A DNA stretch of 64,000 nt from Mustelus asterias (GCF_964213995.1 NW_027590302.1:1-64000); one strand, 5' to 3'; shown: positions 38,281 to 51,529, counted from the stretch's first letter. Made by a program: numbers and translations. Notes: generated by a model not told the origin, from the sequence alone.

Positions 38281-40479
38281 CAATGGAACCCGCGCCTGCT
38301 GCAGTGAACACACAAATACAGCGAGGGAGCTCCCTCTTGTGGCGATGTGAGGTAAACGGGAAATCACTGAATTCTCAGATTACTGAAGGATCTTGTTGGA
38401 GGATTGTGCTGCTGTATTTTTCTTATTCCTATTATTTTTATTTGAATATATTTTAATGCAGACGAATCTATTCTCATAACTGATATCAATCTCGGAAACA
38501 AATACAGACAAACTCATAGACACACAAATACTCAGAAAAATGCAGACACATACATATGATTCCAAGAATAAATTAGATATAGCTCTTGGGGCTAAAGGTA
38601 TGGGAAGAAGGGGGATCAGAATATTGAATTCGATGATCAGCCATGATCAAAATGAATGGCGGAGCAGGCTCGAAGGGCCGAATGGCCTACTCCTGCTTTT
38701 AGTTTCTATCTTTTTATAATCTCACACAAACACACACACAGCACGCACAGATACACACTCATACATACACACACTCAGACACACACACTATCTCAGACAC
38801 TCTCACAAACACAGAGACAGACTGAGACCATGAAAAGTTGATGTCAGTCTCACTCCAAATAATCTGCTGGGAAAATTAAAATAACTGCAGCAAATCTGAA
38901 ACTCAGTGTGAGTTTTATTGTGAAATGAGATAATGTATAAATATATCCCCATAGCTCAGGGTGGGAGTGGAATTGATGGTTTGTCTGCTGTCTGAACAAA
39001 TATTAAACTGGAGAGATTATAAAGTTTGAATTGTAATATCTAATGGTGTAAAGTATCTGGGAGCAGAGTGGATGTGATAATGGCTGGAATACAGACTGGG
39101 GCAATGAGGGTGAAACTGCTGTGCAGAGTGAATGGTTCTTGTTGTAGGGAGGGATGGGAGGAGGGATAGAGAGAGGAATGGGGGGATGACCTTCCAGAAT
39201 GTATTTTCCAGCCTTGAGATCCGGGAAGTTTTCAGTATTAAAACAGAACATGCAGAAAATAAGAATCCACACTTTTCCAAGTACCAGTTGATTGTGCCCC
39301 AGATTATTGATTTCATTTTTCTCCACCGCTGATGTTGAGATGATTGTTCTGTAATTTTTTGAACAGGGATGTTACGTTTACAATCTCTCAGCCTTTTGGC
39401 ACCACAACTCTATGAGAAGGATTGGAAGGTTGTGCCCAGAGCCTCCACAAACTCCATGTGAAGGACACTATGTGTCAGAGTGCAGCAGTCCCTCAATGTC
39501 AGACTGCAGTGTCAGTCTAGATAATGTGCTCAGCTTGATGAGTATTTCCTGTTGTTATTGATGTGGATCATTCAGAAACAATGGACTCTGATGATGTCAT
39601 CCAGTCCTGCTGTGATGATGTCATAGAGACTATTACATCACAGCGGAGCCTTAGTGGTGAAAACAGTTTTGTTCCAGACGGCAGCAAGTCCATTACTGAT
39701 AGATCAGCAACTAGAATTACTGGGTCACAGAGCACAATATTAGGATGGATGGCCAAAACCTTGTTTGGAGAGACAGACCTTAACAAACACCTTTAATCTG
39801 GACAGTTAGGGAGGGAGTTTCAGAATCTCATATCCAGGCCTTGTTACATTCACTCAAAATATTTTACAGAAATTGATAAGTTATAATGATCAGGAAGGTT
39901 TGAAAAGCATTAATCTCATCTCTTAGGAACAATGTTGACCCCATTTTCTGTCTCAATCTGTTTCTCTTTGTCTCAGTTTACGAACTTCCATCCCATTCAC
40001 TCTCACTGTCTCTTTTCCCCATTTACTTTGCTCCCTCTATTCACTTGCTCTCTGTCTGTAATAATCACAATGGCTGCCGGTGATTCTCTGACTACAATCA
40101 GATAAGAAATTAATCCAAAGTGTGCAGTCCCACCCAGCTGGACAACAATGGAGAGGCACTGGAGGAAGATGGTTTGGTCAATGGTGTCAATAACTGCAGA
40201 CTGGCTGAGAAGGACAGTGACAGATAACTTACCTCAGTCATATTCACACAGTAATTTGAGACTTTGGTAAGAGCTGGTTTAATACTGTGTGAAAGACAAA
40301 TGTAATCAGAGGGATTCACACAGGGAATTTCAGGACATATGGGCAGAGATTTGGGAGATGACAGGGATTTTGGAAGTCATAATGAGAGATGGGCAGGAGG
40401 GGAACAAAGACACTGGGGTCAAGGATGGACTCGTGGGAGTAAGGGAAGCAACAGAGGCAGCTTTTAAAATTTCATCTAT

Positions 40480-40855
40480 GGGACATGGATGTTGTTGCAT
40501 GGCCAGCATTTATTGCAAGTTGCCCTTGAGAAGGTGGTGGTGAGCTGCCTTCTTGAACAACTGAGTGGCTTGCTCGGCCATTTTAGAGTCAACCACATTG
40601 CTGTGGCTCTGGAGTCCCATGTAGGCCAGACCAGGCAAGGACGGCAGATTTCCTTCCCTAAAGGACATCATTAAACCAGATGGGTTTTTACGACAATTGT
40701 TTCACGGTCATCAGTAAATTCTTAATTCCAGATATGTTTTATTGAATTCAGATTTCACCATCTGCCCAGGTGGGATTCAAACCTGGTACCCAGAACATTA
40801 GCTGAGTTTCTGGGTTAACCGTCTAGTGTTAATACCACTAGGCCATCACCTCCCC
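40480..40855 (-). mobile_element. Deu-domain SINE (SacSINE1/AmnSINE1-like)
   Basis: GAGTCAACCACATTGCTGTGG..GGCAGATTTCCTTCCCTAAAGGACAT..; second copy ~54485-54850 (+). Confidence 0.7.
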
Positions 40856-40961
40856 TCAACCTTAGTGACAAAGAAGCTCCATGCGCTCCTCACACTTGTT
40901 GTTGGAGGTGAGGATGGAGAAGACAAAGGAGAGGGAGAGCCCTTCAAAAGGATCCAAAGTG

Positions 40962-42490
40962 AACATAGAACATAGAAAAGCTACAGCACAAACAGGCCCT
41001 TCGGCCCACAAGTTGCGCCGAACAATTTCCTTACCTTCTAGGCTCATCTATAACCCTCTATCTTACTAACCTCCATGAACCTATCCAAAAGTTTCTGAAA
41101 AGACTCAATCGAATCCGCTTCCACCACCACTACCAGCAGCCGATTCCGCGCACCCGCCACCCTCTGAGTGAAAAACTTACCCCTATTATCTCCTCTATAC
41201 CTACTCCCCAGCACCCTAAACCTGTGGCCTCTCATGACAACCATTTCAGCCCTGGGTAAAAGCATCTGAGAATCCATTCTATCAATACCCCTCAACATCT
41301 TATACACCTCTATCAGGTCACCTCTCATCCTTCGCCTCTCCAAGGAGAAAAGACCTAGCTCTCTCAACCTATCCTCAAAAGGCATACCACTTAATCCTGG
41401 CAACATCCTCGTAAATCTCCTCTGCACCCGTTCTATGGCTTCCACATCCTTTCTGTAATGAGGCGACCAGAACTGGGCACAGTACTCCAGTTGGGGTCTG
41501 ACCAGGATCCTATACAGCTGCAGCATTATCTCCCGATTTCTAAACTCAATTCCTCTATTGATGAAGGCCAGTATTCCATACGCCTTCTTAACCACAGTCT
41601 CTACCTGTGACGCTGCTTTGAGCGTCCTATGAACCCGGACCCCAAGATCCCTCTGTTCTTCCACACTGCCAAGCATCTTACCCTTAATATTATATTCTTC
41701 CATCCTATTCGACCGACCAAAATGAACCACCACTCACTTATCTGGGTTGAAGTCCATCTGCCATTTCTCTGCCCAGTCTTGCATCTTATCTATGTCTCTT
41801 TGCAACTGCTGACATCCCTCTACACTATCCATAACACCTCCAACCTTTGTGTCATCAGCAAACTTGCCAACCCATTCTTCCACTTCCTCATCCAGGTCAT
41901 TTATAAAAATCACAAAGAGCAAGGGTCCCAGAACAGATCCCTGGGGCACCCCACTGGTGACCGACCTCCACCCTTTGCCTTCTGTGAGCAAGCCAGTTCT
42001 GAATACACAAAGCAACATCACCTTGTATCCCTTGCCCCTTCACTTTCTCCATAAGCCTTGCATGGGGCACCTTATCAAACACCTTACTGAAATCCATATA
42101 AACCACATTTACCGCTCTTCCGCCGTCTAAGTGTCTAGTCACATCTTCAAAAAACTAAATCAGACTCGTAAGGAATGATCTGCCTCGGACAAAGCCGTGC
42201 TGGCTACTTCTGATCATACTATTCCTTTCCAAATGTTCATAAATCCTGCCTCTCAGGATCTTCTCCATCAACTTACCTACCACTGAGGTTAGACTCACCG
42301 GTCTATAATTTCCTGGGCAATTTCTTCTCCCTTTCTTGAATAACGGAACCACATCCACCATCCTCCAATCCTCCGGAACCTCTCCCGTCTCCATTGATGA
42401 CGCAAAGATCATCGCCAGAGGATCAGCAATCTCTTCCTCACCTCCCACAGTAACCTGGGGTACATCCCATCCGGTCCCGGCGATTTATCT
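40962..42490 (-). mobile_element. CR1 LINE, 5'-truncated, inserted downstream of ZNF-C
   Basis: RT motifs GVPQGSVLGPLLF, KFADDTK, LEYCAQFWSP across frameshifted ORFs. Confidence 0.92.
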
Positions 42491-42677
42491 CACTTAAGTG
42501 AGTTAGAGACATTAAATAGATGCAACACAGTGTGTTCAATATAAAAATAGTAATATGAAACTGATTTATTTGGCCTTTATTCACAATATTAGCCCAAACA
42601 ACTGGCTGGAATTTATTGACATCATCCAATAGACCCCAACGAACATAATCCTGGATGTCATTGACAGCAAAATCCAA

Positions 42678-43724
42678 TCATTGTCGTTGTCTGTGAGCTT
42701 GTTGGTGTCTCATCAGTACAGAAAAATAAGCAAATCCCTTCCCACATTCAGCACATGTGAATGGCCTCTCCCCAGTGTGAACTCGCTGGTGTGTCAGCAG
42801 GTTCGATGACTGAGTGAAACCCTTCCCACACACAGAGCAGGTGAACGGTCTCTCCCCAGTGTGAACCCGCTGGTGCATCAGAAGTTTGGATGAGGAAGGG
42901 AAACCCTTCCCACACTCAGAGCAGATGAATGGTCTCCCCCCAGTTTGAACACACTGGTGTGTCAGAAGGACGGATGACTGAGTAAACCCTTTGCTACACT
43001 CAGGGCAGGTGAACAGCCTCTCCCCAGTGTGAATTTGCTGGTGGACAGTCAGATGAGATGATCGTTTGAATGCAGACCCACAATGAGAGCATCTGAACGG
43101 TCTCTCATCAGTGTGAACAGGTTGATGCTGCATCAAGTCCTGGGAACTTTTAAAGCGTTTTCCACAGTCTGGACATGTAAAAGGTCTCTCATCAGCGTGA
43201 ACTCGCTGGTGTGTCTGCAGTTTGTATTGCTGAGTAAATCCTTTCCCACACACGGAACAGGTGAATGGCCTCTCATTGCTGTGAACACGTTGATGGCGCA
43301 TCTGTTCCCCAGAACATTTGTAACACTTCCCACAGTCTGAGCATTTAAATGGTCTCTCCTCAGTGTGAACTCGCTGGTGATTCAACAGGGTGGATGACTG
43401 AATAAATCCCTTCCCACACACAGAACAGGTGAACGGCCTTTCCCCAGTGTGAAGTCGCTGATGTGTCAGAAGGTAGGATTGACGAGTGAATCCCTTCCCA
43501 CACTCGAAGCAGGTGAACTTTTTCTCCCCAGTGTGACTGAGCCAATGACTTTCCAGGCCAGACGGGGATTTGAATCCCTTCCCACAATCCCTGCATTTCC
43601 ACGGTTTCTTCCTGGATTGACTGCATTTGTGTTTCAACAGGTCAGATGATTGGCTGAAGCCTCGTCCACACAGAGAGCACGTGTACGGTTTCTCCCCATT
43701 GTAAATGGTGCTTGTTCCTTCCAT
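42678..43724 (-). CDS. Tandem C2H2 zinc-finger protein ZNF-C (12 fingers, 2 degenerate)
   Basis: Open ORF from ATG 43724 ([14 protein letters not shown]); acceptor before 43833. Confidence 0.9.
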   Translation of the reverse strand: MEGTSTIYNGEKPYTCSLCGRGFSQSSDLLKHKCSQSRKKPWKCRDCGKGFKSPSGLESHWLSHTGEKKFTCFECGKGFTRQSYLLTHQRLHTGERPFTCSVCGKGFIQSSTLLNHQRVHTEERPFKCSDCGKCYKCSGEQMRHQRVHSNERPFTCSVCGKGFTQQYKLQTHQRVHADERPFTCPDCGKRFKSSQDLMQHQPVHTDERPFRCSHCGSAFKRSSHLTVHQQIHTGERLFTCPECSKGFTQSSVLLTHQCVQTGGRPFICSECGKGFPSSSKLLMHQRVHTGERPFTCSVCGKGFTQSSNLLTHQRVHTGERPFTCAECGKGFAYFSVLMRHQQAHRQRQ

Positions 43725-44099
43725 GTTCAAAATCAAATGATATTCAAGTTACGATAAATTGGAAAACTCCACCAGATTGTGATGTGATGTTTCGTTTCAG
43801 TTTCCCGACTGCAAATCCTCCTCTTCTAAAATGCTGTGTAACTGTTTCAAAACAGAAAAAAATGGAGTGAGAGAGAACCCACAAAAACACAAAGGCAGTT
43901 TGTGAAATTGAGCTGAATGAATCTGGTCATTTGCGGGGCCGGCTCCAGGGAAAAGTGACCATTAAAACTGGTGGATTCTCATAAAAACCCAACTGGTTCA
44001 CTAATGTCCTTCGGGAAGGAAACCTGCCACCCAGTCTGGGTCGACACAGATTCTGTCCACAAATTTCTAAACTGTCCCTGAACACCAAGGTCTGGGTCA

Positions 44100-47000
44100 T
44101 TTGTATACATTAGGAAGAGCTGGGTGTTAACACCAGCTCCTGAGGAACTCCCAAACATCCATTAACCAGTATTTTGTGTGTTTCCTGTCCCCCAGACAAT
44201 TTTGTGTCAATGCTGCTGCTGTCCCTTTTATTCCACGAGTCATACCTGTGCTCCGATGTCTGCTGTGCAGCAATTTATCTGATGCTTTTTGGAAGTCCAT
44301 GTTCACCACATTAACAGCATTATCCTCAACAACGGGATCTGTGACCTCATCAAAATATTTAACCAGGTTCGATAAACACCATTTCCTCTGAACACTGTCC
44401 TTCTTAACCCACATTTACTCAGGTGACTAGTAAATATGTCCTGAATTATTGTTTCAGGAATCTTCCCTATCACTAGCATTGAACTGACTGACCTGTAGTT
44501 TCTGGGATTATCTTTTGAGCAGTTATTGACTAATCCACCTAACCTGCACATCTTTGGACCACGGGAAGAAATCCATGCAGACACGGAGAACGTGCAAACT
44601 CCACACAGACAATCGCCCGCGGCTGGAATCGAACCCTGGTCTTTGGCGCTCTGTGGCAGCAGTGCTAACCACTGTGCAGCCCCAAAACGTTTTCCATGTT
44701 CCAATTTCCAATTGCTGTATCCTGTAAATAGAGTTTCCAAAAAGATCATCACTGTTAAACCAGGACATAAATTCAGAAGAGACAAACCATTCCTTGATTT
44801 GAATTTTCTGTGTGTAAATCCCCCACTTCTAACCAAATAAAAGCAAATTACTGCGTCTGTTTGAATGAGGAACCAAAAGAGAAAATGCTGGAAAATCTCA
44901 GCAGGTCTGGCAGCATCCCTAAGGAGAGATGCAGATGGTCTGTTAGCCTTTATTCCCCAGGGATGCAGTTTCCGAGTGAGGAAAGCTTTCTGAAATTGTA
45001 TCCAGTTTTGGTGAAACCACATGTGGAACACTGCAGAGTTTGGGTCTCCTTACCCAGAGAATTGCCCCAGAGGACGAGTAACAAACGTTCACCAGACTGC
45101 TTCCTGGGATGACAGGACTGTGCAATGAGGAGAGATTGAGCAGAACTGGTCTTTACTCTCTGACCTGATCGTAACCTCAAATCTTCATCCTGCTGACCTC
45201 CAATAACCTTTCACCTCCTTTCTTACCAAGAATCTATCCACCTTTGCTTAAAATATTCAAACACTCTTCTTCCACCACCTTTTCAGGGAGAGAGTTCCAA
45301 AGACTCACGACACTTGGAGAAAAATTCTCCTCATCTCTACTTTAAATGGGTGATGCTTTATTTTTTAAAACGGTGACCCCTAGTTCTGGATTATCCCACA
45401 AGAGGAAACATCCTCTCTACCTCCATCCTGTCAAGGCCTTGCAGGAACAAGTCGCCATTTACTCTTCTGAACTCCAGCGGATACACTCCTAGCCTGTCCA
45501 ACCTTGCCTCGTAACACAACCCATCAATTTCAGGCATTGTAAGAAGTCTCACAACACCAGGTTAAAGTCCAATTGGTTTATTTGGAATCACGAGCTTTCG
45601 GAGCGCTGCTCCTTCGTCAGGTGCGGAAGGATTCCAAATTCCAAATAAACCTGTTGGTCTTTAACCTGGTGTTGTGAGACTTCTTACTGTGCCCACCCCA
45701 GTCCAACGCCGGCATCACCGCATTATTTCAGGTATTGGTCTGGTAAACTTCTCTGAACTGTCTCCAGCACACTTACACCCTTCCTTAAACAAGGTGACCA
45801 ATACTGTACATAGTACTCCAGACGTGGTCTCACTAGTGACCTGTACAACTGAAGCATAACCTCCCTAGTTCTGTATTTAATTCCCTTCACAATGAATGAT
45901 AACATTCTATTAGTGTTCCTAATTACTGATTTACTTGCATATTAGCCTTTTGTGATTTATGTACTAGAACACCCAGATCCCTCTGAATCTCTGAGCTCTG
46001 CAATCTCTCACCGTTTAGACAAAATGCTTCTTTTTCATTCTTCCTGCCGAAATGGACAATTTCACATTTGCCCACATTCTACTCCATTTACCAGATATTT
46101 TCCCACTCACTTAACCTTTCTGTCTTTTTGAACCCTCCGTATGTCCTCGTCACAACTTACTTTCCCACCTATCTTTGTGTCATCGGCAAATTTGCCAACC
46201 AGCCCTTCATCCAGTCATTTCTATAAATCTTTGATTCCTTGCCCCAAATTTGTTTCCCTGTCTACTATTTAGTTTTAAAATGCTTTCCCCAGTACTGGTG
46301 TCAGTGCCCCATGAACCAGAACCCACCTCCCACACCAATCTTTGAGTCACTCATTCATCTCTCTGATCTGATTTGTCCTAAGACAATTAGTAAGTAGTTA
46401 AGGTAATTATCCAGATTATGAACTTTGAGATCCTGCTTCTTAATTTGGTACCTAGGTCCTCATACTAGCCATGTAAAACCTCCTTCTTTGTCCTGCCTGT
46501 GTCATTGGTACCTACATGGACCACAATGACTGGGTCCTCCCCCGTGCAGCTGTTTTTGAGCTGCAGATCCGACACAATACTGTAAGTTCCTCTTCAGACC
46601 TGAGCAGATGTCCTGAACCCTGGCACAAGCCAACACAGCCATCTGGACTCATGCTCTTTGCTGCAGAGAACAGTGTGAATCCCTCTGATTACACCATCCC
46701 ATACTACCCCTACATTCCCTTTTTCTCCTCCAACTTGAATGGCTTCCTGTACCACGGTGCCAAGGTCAGTTTGCTCATCCACCCTGCAGCATAAACAAGC
46801 TGAAAAAACTGCAATCCGGTTGGACAATTGTGAAGGCTGAGGCTCCTGCCACCTGAATCCCCTTACCTGCCTCACTCACAGTCATCCTCCTGTCCCTGAT
46901 CACTGACCAAATCAGTAGGTCCTGTCCTAAGAGGTGTGACTGCTTCCTGGTGTAAAGAATCCAGGTAATGTTCCCCCTCCCTGATGCATCGCAGTGTCTG

Positions 47001-47400
47001 TAGTTCAGCCTCCAGCTCATAAACTCTAACCGGAGCTGCTTGAACTTCAAACACTTACTGCAGATGTGTTTGCCCTCGATCAAACTGACACCCAGGAGCT
47101 CCCACACGCTGCAGCTGTGACACATCACCTGTCCTCCCATCTTTAATGTGTGCGAAAAAAGTATTTAATTATTTTATCCAATGATGTATTTTACTTTTGA
47201 TTTTATATATTTTATTAACCTTACCAGCAGTTGCTATACGATTTTGATCCTTAGACATCGAATAAACTTTAGTCACTTTGCAGATACTCAGCAAATAGCT
47301 CGCCGCTCTTTCTCCTGTAGAAGAGGAAGATCACTTCCCAAAGGCTGAGAATATTAGAAAGCAAAAGGGTACCTCGTTCCCTTCCTTCCCTAAGTCCCTT
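44100..47400. mobile_element. Cluster of decayed CR1 fragments (ORF1 and ORF2 remnants) with nested SINE and Penelope pieces
   Basis: MDFQKASDK, LVRPRLEYYVQYWSP, CHSCSVWE..HICSKC..ELEAELQTLRCIREGE. Confidence 0.75.
45539..45724. mobile_element. Palindromic mini-Penelope element with central hammerhead motif (45588-45624, -)
   Basis: Inverted terminal arms; TSD ATTTCAGGYATT (45527-45538, 45725-45736). Confidence 0.8.
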
Positions 47401-47493
47401 AATCACCCAACTCTTAGCACACTGTTCTAAGCTGCATTCAAGTGATGCCAGTTCAGAGCTGTTTCTGAGCTGCAGATTCAATACAATACTCAC

Positions 47494-48679
47494 TTGCAGA
47501 CATGGACATCAAGGCCTGTATGGGTCTCCAGGCCATCATGCACACCATCATGATAGGGAGGATGGAGATGGTGTTGCCAGCCATGTACATGATGAACAGA
47601 TTCATGGGCAGCTGTTTCAATGGGCCCAAGGTGATGAAAACAGAAAGTGAGCAGGGTATCAGTAAAGGGGGCCGGTTTGGGGAGGCCATATGCTGATCTT
47701 ATACACAGGTCTGGAAGTAACAATTAACTCAATAAGTCCCTTTATCAAACAGGCTGCTGTGGTTCACCAAGGCACTTCACCACTGTGGACAAACCAGGGG
47801 CGTTGTCAGCCACACACTAAAGACACATTCAAATCTAACTTACCTTCTCAACTCGGATCCGGTCTGTTTCTTGGACGCGGATGTCCGGTAGCTGTTTGTC
47901 CGAATATGCGACTGGGTACATGGAGTCTCTCTGGCCACACTGTTGATCACGGCTCCTGTGAGAAACAGAAAACACAAATTGGTCACCCTTTCAAGACCTT
48001 GTTTAAAGAGGGAGTCTCTCTGTTGAGGACCCCAACGTGGTGACAATAGTGCCAGCATGAACTAAAGCTTGGGCAAACCTCAGACACACACTGCCGTTGC
48101 GTGTACCAAACTGCCAGGGGAATGGAGGGCTGCAGAAGTGGATTAGTGTCAATCAGGGTGCCAATCCACTTGCCCTCCATTGAGGAACAAAGCGACAAAT
48201 CACCACATGTACCAAATTGTATCTTGAAAACAAACACTGCGGGACATTGAGAGAGATCCAGTTCAGCACCCGGCCCTGGAAACCAGCAATCGTTCCTCCA
48301 ACCACCACCGCAGTTGGCACCTGATCAGGTGGAGGGGCTGAAACCAAAAGGGCATCTCAGGGTCATGACCTGGGAAAAGATGCCAAGTGGGGTCTGAGTG
48401 GTTTCTGGGGGATTTGAGGGGCTGCTTTGTGCTGAGGGGCTCGGTGAGGGGTAAAAGACGCGTGAAAAACCCGGGGTTGGGAAGTTTTGGGTTGGTTCCA
48501 CATCCCCGGGTCAGTGTGCGGTGGCGTCCCCTCGGGAGAGGCGGGCTGACCCGGCTTGCCGCTTACTCGAGCCCCCGGCTCCCCGCGCGGCCTCCACAGC
48601 TGCTGCTGCCGCTCAGGTTAAACTCGAGGGTCCACTTGTGCCAGCGCGCGCGGTTGGCAAGCCCCGCCCCTGCTGCCAT
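47494..48679 (-). pseudogene. EMC4: Partial, intron-containing EMC4 (TMEM85) copy: coding exons 48679-48567 and 47955-47844, and 47635-47494 (acceptor lost)
   Basis: MAAGAGLANRARWHKWTLE..; [28 protein letters not shown]; [41 protein letters not shown]; GT donors in compatible phases; no C-terminal exons found. Confidence 0.92.
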
Positions 48680-48910
48680 GGCAACGCCGGCGACAGTTAA
48701 CCGCTTTCAAATCTGATTCCGATCCGAAGAAGAAGCCGCGCGCTTCCGTCAACAAACCACAACCGCAGCAATGCGCATGTGCGGTCCCAACCTCCTCAGC
48801 CCATTGCCCCGCCCCCACATCGCAGCCATCTTTGTTAGGGGCACATCGGCTCCGACACTTCACCTTGTCAAACGGAGCACGTCTGCCCCGCACAAAGATG
48901 GACGTCACTT
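48680..48910 (-). promoter_or_regulatory. CpG-rich EMC4-derived promoter
   Basis: TGCGCATGTGC (NRF1-like), GCCATCTT and AAGATGG (YY1-like), CCCCGCCCC (Sp1), GACGTCA. Confidence 0.6.
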
Positions 48911-49604
48911 AACCTCAGAGGTATTTACATCGCTTTTTTCGCCTCAAAAAACGTGTAACACAGTATAAAACGTCAATAAAACCTAAAGGACCTTGCCTCC
49001 TCAATCAGCAATCAAAATCATAAATATCTATTGTAATGGGTTTCTCCACAGATGCTGCCAGTCCAGCATTTTCAGTTTAAATTTCACAATTCCAACATCC
49101 GCAGTATTTTAATTTTATTTCCTTTCTATTCTGCCTCTAATGTAACTGGATATCATGAGTAAAGCTGCCACCAGGCTGATCCTTCAGTGTGGCACAGTCG
49201 TTAGCATTGCTGCCTCACAGCGTCAAGAACCTGGGTTTGATTCCCATCCTTGGATCATTGTCTGTGCAGAGTTTGCACGTTCTATGTGGGTTTCTTCTGG
49301 GTGCTCCAGTTTCCTCCCATACGCCATCCTTTTCTTCACATGAGAATCCAGTATTTTGTCCTGAATGAATTTTGAGGCCCAAGTCAGAGCGAATAAGTAA
49401 AAGCAAAAAACTGTGGATGCTGGAATCTGAAACAAAAACAGGAAATGCTGGAAAATCCCAGCAGGTGTGACAGCATCTGTGGAGAGAGAATAGAGCCAAG
49501 AGAGCCAGCGAATAAATAACCCTATCAGGTACCAGATTCACGTAGAATTCAGCAAGAAATTCTGCAAACGTCCTTCAAACTGAACAGGAAACATTGCCAT
49601 TCAA

Positions 49605-49676
49605 GTTTTAGCCTGGTTTCGGAACGGGGACCTTTCACATGCTAGGTAAATGTGATAACCACTACACTGCAGAAGC
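49605..49676 (-). pseudogene. tRNA-Val pseudogene
   Basis: GCTTCTGCAGTGTAGTGGTTATCACATTTACCTAGCATGTGAAAGGTCCCCGTTCCGAAACCAGGCTAAAAC aligns to vertebrate tRNA-Val(AAC) with many transitions, broken stems and an altered anticodon. Confidence 0.8.
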
Positions 49677-50487
49677 TGTTGACAGCACAGGGCAGCCAAT
49701 CGGCCTGTCGGCAATGTTCAACTCTGCTATGTTACTGCAGGTTCCAATAGTTAGACTGAGAGCCCATGCCACTTAATACAAGAAGACAACTTTTACTTTC
49801 AACCTGATGTCTCAACTTATATTGAACTTCAAAATTTAAAAGTGTCCGTCTGGCAAATGTCTAAAGGAGCAATTATTTCTGCTCAATTATAGAATCCCTA
49901 AAGTGCAGAAAGAGGCCAGTCAGTCCATCGAGTCTGCACCGACAACAATCCCAACCAGATCCTATCCGCATAACCCTATATATTTGCACTGCTAATCCCA
50001 TGACACCAAGGGGCAATTCAGCATGGCCAATCCACCTAACCTGCACATTTGAGGAAACGTACACAGAGACGGGGACAATATGCAGATGCCACACAGATTT
50101 CCTTCCCAAGGCTGGAATCGAACCTGGGTCCCTGACACCATGAAGCAGCAGTGCTAACCACTGTGCCAAATTCATCATTCTCAGTCTATATTACTCGGTA
50201 TTTGTTTCATTATTCAACATTTAATATCAATACATTTATTTAACATAGATGTCATCATTCTGAATTGCATATCTCTGAACTATATCACATTGAATTGCAA
50301 ATGTGACTGACCAACAATACAGATCGAGTCACTGGGTAACACACATCCCATGGTGCTTATTTGAGATTGAGTCAGTCTTTAAACAAAATCAAATATCTTT
50401 AATGGGAAGAGATTTAGAAATGATCAGTTAGTTATACTTGATCCTTCTTTATTCTGGGTGTGAAACATTCTGGCACTTAAATCCCAT

Positions 50488-50818
50488 GGGCGGCACGGTA
50501 GCACAGTGGTGAGCACTGCTGCTTCACAGCTCCAGGGTCCCAGGTTCGATTCCCGGCTCGGGTCACTGTCTGTGTGGAGTTTGCACATTCTCCTCGTGTC
50601 TGCGTGGGTTTCCTCCGGGTGCTCTGGTTTCCTCCCACAGTCCAAAGATGTGTGGGTTAGGTTGATTGGCCAGGTTAAAAATTGCCCCTTAGAGTCCTGG
50701 GATGCGTAGGTTAGAGGGATTAGCGGGTAAATATGTGGGGGTAGGGCCTGGGTGGGATTGTGGTCGGTGCAGACTCGATGGGCCGAATGGCCTCCTTCTG
50801 CACTGTAGGGATTCTATG
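50488..50818 (+). mobile_element. Young full-length V-SINE (HE1-like)
   Basis: As 35781-36112; further copies at ~44530, 49190, 49890, 55040, 55503, 57620, 58875 and 60727. Confidence 0.9.
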
Positions 50819-51529
50819 AATTTATCTACAGGAGAGTCCAGCAGATCCGCACTGATTCTCGATTTCCTCATCTGCCAAGTGTTTTTTTCTATTTCTCTAT
50901 TGTGAAGACCGATTTTTAAAAAAAGATTGTTCTGCGCAATGTGCGTCATTTCCTCTAGTTCAGTTACAGTATCACCTTTGAGTCTGTCTTTATGAGCACA
51001 CAATACTATTAGACATGTTTCAGGTGGTAATTAACTATGTTAGTCTGCACCTACAAATTCTGTTGTGGACTGAACAAATTGCTAATATGTGCACGGTGTC
51101 AAAATGCAAACATTTATTTCCTTGTTGCGTTTTAAAATATCGCATTCCTGATTTTCCTGAAAGCATTTGTACCGAGATCAGAGCAAAGATAATAGCTGGA
51201 ATTTTACCGTTGGCCTCGGGTGGGATTTTATGAGCCTTGCGAGAGCGATGCTGTAAAATACTGGTCAATGTCTGTAACATCGAGATTTGGATAATGTTCA
51301 GCAAATAACTGAAATCATGCAGACTTCCCTCACCCTAACGGGTAAAGTTTCATTAATGTTTCTGCCCGGTTTTGAACCTTCGTGTGTTAGGCAAATGGGA
51401 TAATCACAACATTACAAAAACTGCCAACAGCGCCAGGCCTACAATCGACCTGTCTGCAATGTTCAGCTTTGCTGTGTTGCTGCTGGTTTTCATGGCGAGA
51501 CTAAGAGCCCATGTCACTTCAGATGTGAC

